Of a stretch of DNA of 64,000 nt, positions 57,916 through 64,000 are shown piece after piece. Position numbers and translations under genes: made by a program. The notes under the pieces are model-generated. The model did not search any database and was not told the DNA's origin. It saw only the letters and a list, made by a program, of their open reading frames with translations. Source of the stretch: Bacillota bacterium. Lineage in GTDB: Bacteria; Bacillota; Clostridia; Lachnospirales; Lachnospiraceae. The DNA is taken from NCBI GenBank assembly GCA_023415635.1, contig JAEZJV010000086.1, positions 24,195 to 88,194 on the forward strand, given 5' to 3'. Every line of letters starts with the position of its first letter. The stretch's first letter is position 1.

Positions 57916-59481
57916 CTAATACTGAACAAAATCCAACATCCTTCCATCGATTGAAAATCTGACATGCTCTTTGGATATGATTTCATATGCTATCTCTATT
58001 GTACGGTCATAATCCTTGACAATAATCTTCTGCTGCTTAAGGTCAAAGGAATAGGTAGCATCTCCGGGAGCATAATCTCCACTTTTAAAAAGCCAGGGGT
58101 TGCTATCCTGAATCGCAGTTATCTTATTGTTCTTAAAAAAGGTGATACTATACTCCCCACTTCTCCATTGCTGGTAGTCTTTCTCACAGAAATATGCTAT
58201 AGCCTCCTCCTCTGAAGAAAGAGAAATCTTCTCATAATCACTGTACTGCAGCTCACCTGCAGTTATTGTCAGTACATACTCCTCTACACTTTTACTATCC
58301 AGGTCCTTTAGCTTGACCGCTATATGGTAGGTTCCGGGTGATGAAAACCTTAAATCAAAATCATCCCAATCATAGCCTTCAACAATAACCTCTTTGCTGT
58401 CAGGGACAATCTCCATATATTGTACACCCACCGTCGATTTCAATAGATTACCGCTGCTGTCCGTCAACTGATAAATGCAGGTATAACTGCGATCCTCCTC
58501 GCTAGGAATCAGGCTGATTGCTTCCTCCACCGGAGCTTGCATAATCACATTGATTCTATATTTATTGACCAGAGACTTTCCCTCCGCATCATAGATGAGG
58601 CTTACCTCTGTTTTACCTTCCTTAATGCCCTTTAATATCAAGGCCGCTTCCTTCGTATCCTGATTCTCCATTATTTCTGCTGAGACAATTCCCTTCTCCT
58701 CCATGCGTACACTTAGCTTGCCACTCTCAGGTGGTGTAAAATACAAAACCGTAGACTTATCCTTGATAAGCTTCATGTCTCTTGTAAATACACTTCCGTC
58801 CTTACTCGGCATGGTAAAATTGAAGCGGTAGACGGTATTTTCTCCGTTGATGAAAGAGGCAGCAACATAGCATCCCATCATCCCATAACCCTTCGCGTGG
58901 ATGGTAAAGGTTTTATTCTTTTTATCGGAGGTTAGTACACAACTCTCCTCCCCATCTCCACCACCGCTGAACGGTGCGAACATTGCGCTATCATATCGAT
59001 CCATAGAGCTATAGATAGCTTTGAGCTTTCCTTTCCCTTTGATGGTAAATTTCTTACTGCCATTGGAAGCTATCGTGTGATCTGCTTTATACCCTCCATT
59101 ATAATCGGCCAAAAAGCTGACCTGTCTCTTAATTGATTGTGTTCTCTTTTTCTTAGTGTCATAGTATTTGACAGTGACTGTCGCGGTTTCATCTTCTCCC
59201 ATACTATAGGGAGCCCATGCCAGTACTACAGTATGCTTCACTCCGTTGTCAGTGTAGGTTTTTTGTTTGACCTTGACATTCTTATCAGAGGATGCTATGG
59301 ACAAATTCTTAAGGCTAGATGCTTTGCTGTCGAATATTGCTACCGTATCCTGATCTCCGGCGATTATACCACCAGTGGCAGCTTTTACTTCCTGCTTCTG
59401 AAATAAAGCCAACGTTATAAATATAAGTAAAAAGCCGTATACTATCTTGTTAATCCATTGAATCCTTACTGTTCGTTTCAT
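57916..59481 (-). CDS. Secreted hypothetical protein, beta-rich (Ig-like modules likely)
   Basis: Signal peptide ending VKA; alternating beta-strand pattern; no family motif I recognise. Confidence 0.7.
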   Translation of the reverse strand: MKRTVRIQWINKIVYGFLLIFITLALFQKQEVKAATGGIIAGDQDTVAIFDSKASSLKNLSIASSDKNVKVKQKTYTDNGVKHTVVLAWAPYSMGEDETATVTVKYYDTKKKRTQSIKRQVSFLADYNGGYKADHTIASNGSKKFTIKGKGKLKAIYSSMDRYDSAMFAPFSGGGDGEESCVLTSDKKNKTFTIHAKGYGMMGCYVAASFINGENTVYRFNFTMPSKDGSVFTRDMKLIKDKSTVLYFTPPESGKLSVRMEEKGIVSAEIMENQDTKEAALILKGIKEGKTEVSLIYDAEGKSLVNKYRINVIMQAPVEEAISLIPSEEDRSYTCIYQLTDSSGNLLKSTVGVQYMEIVPDSKEVIVEGYDWDDFDLRFSSPGTYHIAVKLKDLDSKSVEEYVLTITAGELQYSDYEKISLSSEEEAIAYFCEKDYQQWRSGEYSITFFKNNKITAIQDSNPWLFKSGDYAPGDATYSFDLKQQKIIVKDYDRTIEIAYEIISKEHVRFSIDGRMLDFVQY

Positions 59482-59595
59482 AATAATCCCCTTACCTAAT
59501 CCTATTTAATTTCCATATAATACCACTCTTTCCAGCCAAGTTCAACCCCACCCCGCTGTTTTTTCAGAATTATTATTACCATGCTTTATCAGTAC

Positions 59596-59621
59596 AAAGG
59601 AGAGTCCGAAAACTCTCCTTT
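59596..59621 (-). terminator. Intrinsic terminator after the chemoreceptor gene
   Basis: AAAGGAGAGT-CCGAAA-ACTCTCCTTT. Confidence 0.7.
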
Positions 59622-59629
59622 ATATTTCC

Positions 59630-61099
59630 CTATTCGATTAATCGAACTCCTTTTTGTGTCTGTAAATCAACTTCCTTTTCAATCTTATCCAATAACTCAA
59701 ATATTTTCCTGGACAGCTTTTCCGCATCAGTGAAATAATTCGAGGCTTCAGCCTTTTGAGAATTTTTTATTGAGTCAAGCGCCTTGTGTCCACAGATATG
59801 GAACTTATTATGTATCTCGTCAATTGCATTCCATTCCTTCTCAATCGAAGGATGACGGACAGAAATTGTGTGATAGAAATGTCCAAAAGCACACTTTGTA
59901 CTATTTGTCTGAAGAGGATATATTTTACCTTCCTCTACTATTGTTTTTAAGGTAGCCACCCAATTCTCATGAGCAATTCTGGCATTCCTTATACTGGCCT
60001 TAAATTCTTCATTGGTGATATTATGTACACCGCCACTTAAGGAAGCAAATAGGTTCTTAGTAATCTCGGATAAGCCATCATCAAGCTTCGTAATCTGACT
60101 TGCCAATTCTGCACATTTCTCTGAATCGTTATAAATCGTCTGCGTCATAAAATTAAGCTTTTCTGCATCTGCACTAGAGGTTTCCATTGCAGTATTTATT
60201 TCATTTGTAGAGGCTCTTACCTCTGTCATTGCAGTATTCACTGTATGAACATCCTCGATGGTCTTATTTAACAGCTCCGTATTTCTCTGCATGGTTGAAT
60301 ATACATCATCAATTTTACTGCTCATTTCTGAAGTGGCTTCGATTGTATTGATCATACTTTGTTTTCCGTTCACTGCTGCTTCTTTGATGTTGGACATAAA
60401 AGAGCTCATACCCTCTAAGCTTTTCTTCGTATTATCAGAAAGCTTTCTGATCTCAGCAGCTACAACAGCAAAGCCTCTGCCATTCTCTCCGGCTCTTGAC
60501 GCTTCAATGGTTGCATTTAAGGATAGTAGGTTCGTCTGTTCTGCAATGGCACCAACACTATTGACAATTTCATTCACCTTATTGGTCAATTCAACCAATT
60601 CATCAATTTTAGCATTCATAATTGCTGAATTTTCCATTACATTTTCCTTCAGCTTATTTATTTCAGATAATTTACCTATGCTTTCATCATTTCTTTCAAT
60701 CAATTTCCCTGAGGATTCAGCAAGTCTTTCCAACGTTTCGGAGGAGTCATTGATTGATTCTGTTACTACATACATGCTTGCCGTCGTTTCTTCGACGATT
60801 GCAAGGTTAGACTCGCTTAATTCCGCTATTTCCTTTGCGAACTCCTTTAAATTATAGGATATTTGGGACATATTTACATCATAACTGCTCATCTGGGCAG
60901 TAAGCTTAAGTAATTCCTTTGCTGAACTTGAAATCATTTCTTCATTTTTAAAAAACCGTTCAAATAAACTATAGACCGTTTTATGTAAATCATAACCAAT
61001 TTCGGGTGGTGTAACATTTTTTCCTTCCATTCTATTATTGACATAATCCACTATACAGCGAGCTTCCTTACAATCACCTTTCTGCTTCATAAACAACAT
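59630..61099 (-). CDS. Soluble methyl-accepting chemotaxis protein with a C-terminal CZB domain
   Basis: [30 protein letters not shown]; no [26 protein letters not shown] before MLFMK. Confidence 0.92.
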   Translation of the reverse strand: MLFMKQKGDCKEARCIVDYVNNRMEGKNVTPPEIGYDLHKTVYSLFERFFKNEEMISSSAKELLKLTAQMSSYDVNMSQISYNLKEFAKEIAELSESNLAIVEETTASMYVVTESINDSSETLERLAESSGKLIERNDESIGKLSEINKLKENVMENSAIMNAKIDELVELTNKVNEIVNSVGAIAEQTNLLSLNATIEASRAGENGRGFAVVAAEIRKLSDNTKKSLEGMSSFMSNIKEAAVNGKQSMINTIEATSEMSSKIDDVYSTMQRNTELLNKTIEDVHTVNTAMTEVRASTNEINTAMETSSADAEKLNFMTQTIYNDSEKCAELASQITKLDDGLSEITKNLFASLSGGVHNITNEEFKASIRNARIAHENWVATLKTIVEEGKIYPLQTNSTKCAFGHFYHTISVRHPSIEKEWNAIDEIHNKFHICGHKALDSIKNSQKAEASNYFTDAEKLSRKIFELLDKIEKEVDLQTQKGVRLIE

Positions 61100-61267
61100 A
61101 AAATGCCTCCAATCTTTCGTCATAATAAAGTGTATCAGGTTCAAACTTACATGTTGTATCCTTTTGACAGTAAAATAACAATCTATCTTTATAATACTAC
61201 AAAATGCTGATATTATCCACCATTTTAGCAAAATTAAGCCTTGTTATTTTGTAGAGTAACAGTAAAA

Positions 61268-61295
61268 AAGAATCAAACTTAAAGGTCTGATTCTT
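61268..61295 (-). terminator. Intrinsic terminator after the mgtC-like gene
   Basis: Minus strand AAGAATCAGAC-CTTTAA-GTTTGATTCTT-TTTT. Confidence 0.7.
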
Positions 61296-61366
61296 CTTCA
61301 GCCAGGTGTGCTCTTTGGCAGGATATATGCTGTGCAATCAGGAGTATATTGGAAACCAGCTAACAA

Positions 61367-62035
61367 TTATATTTCCTGGATATGCTTCAACCCCTCGATG
61401 GCGCTGAGCCTTTGGATCACTTCCGTATGGTTACCCCTTTTATTATTTTCCAAAAGTATAATAGCAATTATTCCTTTTTCAAATGCTTCATTTTCTATGT
61501 TAACTTCAATATCTCTAACCTTAATTTTTAAGTTATGACACATGTCAATGAAACGTTCAAAACCACTATAGGTGGCAAAGGATGCATAAATCGTCAAATG
61601 CTTATTATTTGATGTAACCCAGTTGTCAATCCTATGCAATAAAGTCATGATCAAAAATATAACTACACCGCCGACGATGGCTCCTTCATAAAAGCCTATT
61701 CCAATTGCTAACCCAAGACAGGCTGCTGACCATAAACCAGCTGCTGTTGTTAACCCTCTGACTTGGTTTCTTCGTGTTACAATAATCGTTCCGGCACCCA
61801 GAAAGCCAATCCCACTAATTACTTGAGCTCCCAATCTTGCCGGATCTCCATACCCATAACTATTGACTATAAATTGATTCGTCATCATAATCATTGCAGA
61901 GCTAAAACAAACCAGCATGTGAGTTCTAAAGCCAGCAGGCTGATTTTTTCTTTTTCTTTCTATCCCTAATATTCCACCTATGATTAATGACATCGATGCT
62001 CTAATTAATATTGTAAAATAATTTAATTCAAACAA
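61367..62035 (-). CDS. MgtC/SapB-family membrane protein
   Basis: IER...AGFRTH.LV, DPARLGAQVISGIGFLGAG, GLTTAA.LW. Confidence 0.92.
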   Translation of the reverse strand: MFELNYFTILIRASMSLIIGGILGIERKRKNQPAGFRTHMLVCFSSAMIMMTNQFIVNSYGYGDPARLGAQVISGIGFLGAGTIIVTRRNQVRGLTTAAGLWSAACLGLAIGIGFYEGAIVGGVVIFLIMTLLHRIDNWVTSNNKHLTIYASFATYSGFERFIDMCHNLKIKVRDIEVNIENEAFEKGIIAIILLENNKRGNHTEVIQRLSAIEGLKHIQEI

Positions 62036-62076
62036 GCTCTCTATATGCTATCATCCTCCAAGTATAAAAGACTCAT

Positions 62077-62754
62077 CTAAATCGTCAGAAAACCTCTGTT
62101 TCTATATATGTTCTCATTATTTCCATTTAAGTGCATGCAGTAAACCTTTTTCCTAAATTCTACCGGAATCAGCAACTCCAGCTTATCAATGTCACAATGT
62201 GAAGGTGACTTTGATGTATGGATTGAAGTATCCTGATATATGAAATCGATTGCTCCTTTTAAGAAATCGGCCAAAATCTCATCAGGTATTCTATAAGAGT
62301 CACCACTATAAAATATTCTTACATTATTTGCTTCTAGCAGATAGCCATAGCATTGCATGGTATTAACATGGTCTACCGGTATTGCTTTCACAGATATACC
62401 CGGAAGCTCCTGCAAAAGCTCACTTTCATAGTGATATACATGTTCTTCTATTCCCATCAATTTTAACAGAGTAACAATCGTAGTTTCCGGATGGATTACT
62501 TGTATTTTCTTATTCAATACGTAAAAGCAGTAGGATGCCAGGGACGCAAGACTGCCTACATGATCACAATGCAGATGGGTTATAAGTACGTAGATATTTC
62601 TACAATCCTTCAGTTCATTCAAATCCCATATTTCACCGAAAACACTTTCACCACAATCAATAAGGAATAGATTATCTTCTATCACAAAGAATGCACTCGT
62701 GTTTTTCAATGATGGAGTAAATGCCGATCCTTTCCCAACAAATTTGAGTTCCAT
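62077..62754 (-). CDS. Metallo-beta-lactamase-fold hydrolase (RNase Z/PhnP-like phosphodiesterase)
   Basis: G.GSAF, LIDCGE, THLHCDH, YSGDS, SH, CMH. Confidence 0.88.
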   Translation of the reverse strand: MELKFVGKGSAFTPSLKNTSAFFVIEDNLFLIDCGESVFGEIWDLNELKDCRNIYVLITHLHCDHVGSLASLASYCFYVLNKKIQVIHPETTIVTLLKLMGIEEHVYHYESELLQELPGISVKAIPVDHVNTMQCYGYLLEANNVRIFYSGDSYRIPDEILADFLKGAIDFIYQDTSIHTSKSPSHCDIDKLELLIPVEFRKKVYCMHLNGNNENIYRNRGFLTI

Positions 62755-62766
62755 AACCTTCTCCTT

Positions 62767-63588
62767 CTATTCCTTAATTCCGGCTCCAACAAAACTGTTC
62801 ATAAATTGCTTCTGCATGATTAAAAATGCAACTAGTAAAGGTAGTATAATAATAAACGTTGCCGCACAGACGTTAGCCCATTGCATATTTGCTTCCTTCG
62901 ATTTTGCGAATATAGCAAGTCCTACTGTTAGGGTTCTATTTTCCGGTGAATTTGTTACAATAAGCGGCCACAGATAATTATTCCAATGGTAGCTTACAGA
63001 AATTACAGCAAAGGAAACATATGCCGGCTTTGCATTCGGCATATACACCTTCCATATCGTCTGCCAAACTGACGCTCCATCAATAAATGCCGCCTCAGAC
63101 AGAGCTTTAGGAATTGTCTTAAAAGTCTGCCTCAATAGAAAGATCGCTAAAGCACTTCCTAAAAACGGTAACATGATTCCGAGCTTTGTATCGGTAAGTC
63201 CCAGGTCCGATAAGGTCATAAAATTCGCTGTTATTAAGACATCATTGGGAATAATAATCTGCATAAAAATAATTGCAAATACTATCGTCTGCCCTTTGAA
63301 TTTCATGACCGCCAAGGCATAAGCAGCTATGGTTGATGTTACAAATTGTATTAAAAACGTAACCGTAACAATAGTAAGTGTATTAATGTAGTATTGTCCA
63401 AATGGAATTGCATTCCATACATAGATCAGATTATCCAAAGTAAACTTCGACTTAGGAAACAGCGACATAATAAATGTCGGTTCACTAAATGCCGTTCCAA
63501 TTAACCATATAAAAGGGATTAACCATATGATTGCAATTACTATGGATAAAATGGTAGCAAAAATATCGCTTTTCTTATTCATATCCAT
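62767..63588 (-). CDS. Carbohydrate ABC permease (UgpE/MalG type)
   Basis: FLLRQTF..IP..L.EAA.IDGA, HWNNYLWPLI. Confidence 0.92.
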   Translation of the reverse strand: MDMNKKSDIFATILSIVIAIIWLIPFIWLIGTAFSEPTFIMSLFPKSKFTLDNLIYVWNAIPFGQYYINTLTIVTVTFLIQFVTSTIAAYALAVMKFKGQTIVFAIIFMQIIIPNDVLITANFMTLSDLGLTDTKLGIMLPFLGSALAIFLLRQTFKTIPKALSEAAFIDGASVWQTIWKVYMPNAKPAYVSFAVISVSYHWNNYLWPLIVTNSPENRTLTVGLAIFAKSKEANMQWANVCAATFIIILPLLVAFLIMQKQFMNSFVGAGIKE

Positions 63589-63592
63589 CCCC

Positions 63593-64000
63593 CTAGTTAT
63601 AATATACCTTTCTATCCTGGCTTAAAAATCTTGGTAGTGAGATAACCAATAATACGACTAGCATGATTACGGTTAATGCGGCAGAAATACCGTAATTAAA
63701 GTTCGTAAAGCCCTGCTGGTATAAATAATACAGCAATAGCATACTCGCATTATTTGGGGCTCCTTCTGTCATAATCACAACATGGTCAACCAATTTAAAG
63801 CTGTTTGTAAAGGCAATCGTGGAGACAAATAATATCGTTGGCCCTAGGAGAGGGAATGTAATTCTTCTGAACGTGGTCCAAAAGCGGGCCCCATCTATTC
63901 TGGCGGCTTCATATATTTCTTCTGAAATATTTTGCATTCCTGACAAGAAAAATACCATGAGATATCCAGCTTCTTTCCATACATACATGACCGCCAATGA
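63593..64000 (-). CDS. Carbohydrate ABC permease (UgpA/MalF type), start lies beyond the window
   Basis: WKEAGYLM, IYEAARIDGA, MTEGAPNNAS. Confidence 0.9.
   Translation of the reverse strand, partial: SLAVMYVWKEAGYLMVFFLSGMQNISEEIYEAARIDGARFWTTFRRITFPLLGPTILFVSTIAFTNSFKLVDHVVIMTEGAPNNASMLLLYYLYQQGFTNFNYGISAALTVIMLVVLLVISLPRFLSQDRKVYYN

Noticed and set aside
56518..60857. Long antisense ORFs (171 aa at 56518, 199 aa at 60258) and similar short ones across the window
   Set aside because: They fully overlap well-supported genes on the opposite strand, with no RBS or family motifs.
1..64000. CRISPR array, tRNA/rRNA, prophage, transposase or anti-phage defence genes
   Set aside because: No spaced repeat array, RNA gene signature or hallmark protein was recognised; the tandem repeats found are coding or operator-sized.

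Overview
Chromosomal window from a low-GC anaerobic Firmicute; gene content and style suggest a spore-forming Lachnospiraceae/Clostridia member (inference). About 47 CDS, mostly on the minus strand. Housekeeping and metabolic genes: UvrD/PcrA helicase (partial), gltX, class II ribonucleotide reductase nrdJ with tandem NrdR boxes over a perfect sigma-A promoter, tldD/pmbA, nagB-nagA with an AraC and an oxidoreductase/TIM-barrel pair, and a MoxR-DUF58-transglutaminase triad. Many envelope and transport modules are also present. I saw no rRNA, tRNA, CRISPR array, transposase or prophage gene. The strongest candidate for an undescribed system is 41258-51027. Two sugar-importer-type (MalF/MalG) permeases are co-transcribed with a very long membrane-fusion protein and a MacB-like membrane protein, with no ATPase. 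Next to them are an OmpR-family two-component pair and a divergent oversized solute-binding lipoprotein. The two transport arms carry the same 18-bp box (17/18 identical) at the same distance from their -10 elements, which is sequence evidence that they form one regulon. Other highlights: a MacB-type ABC module with an Ig-fold anchor protein in place of an adaptor, under an 11-bp tandem repeat; a 63-aa Ser/Asn-rich protein behind a sigma-G-like promoter with an RBS-complementary inverted repeat; a Crp palindrome at about -41.5; and an AT-richer block linking an Ugp-like ABC importer, an MBL hydrolase and MgtC. Products were assigned by motif recognition only, with no database search. Several start codons were moved from the ORF track to better RBS-supported starts.
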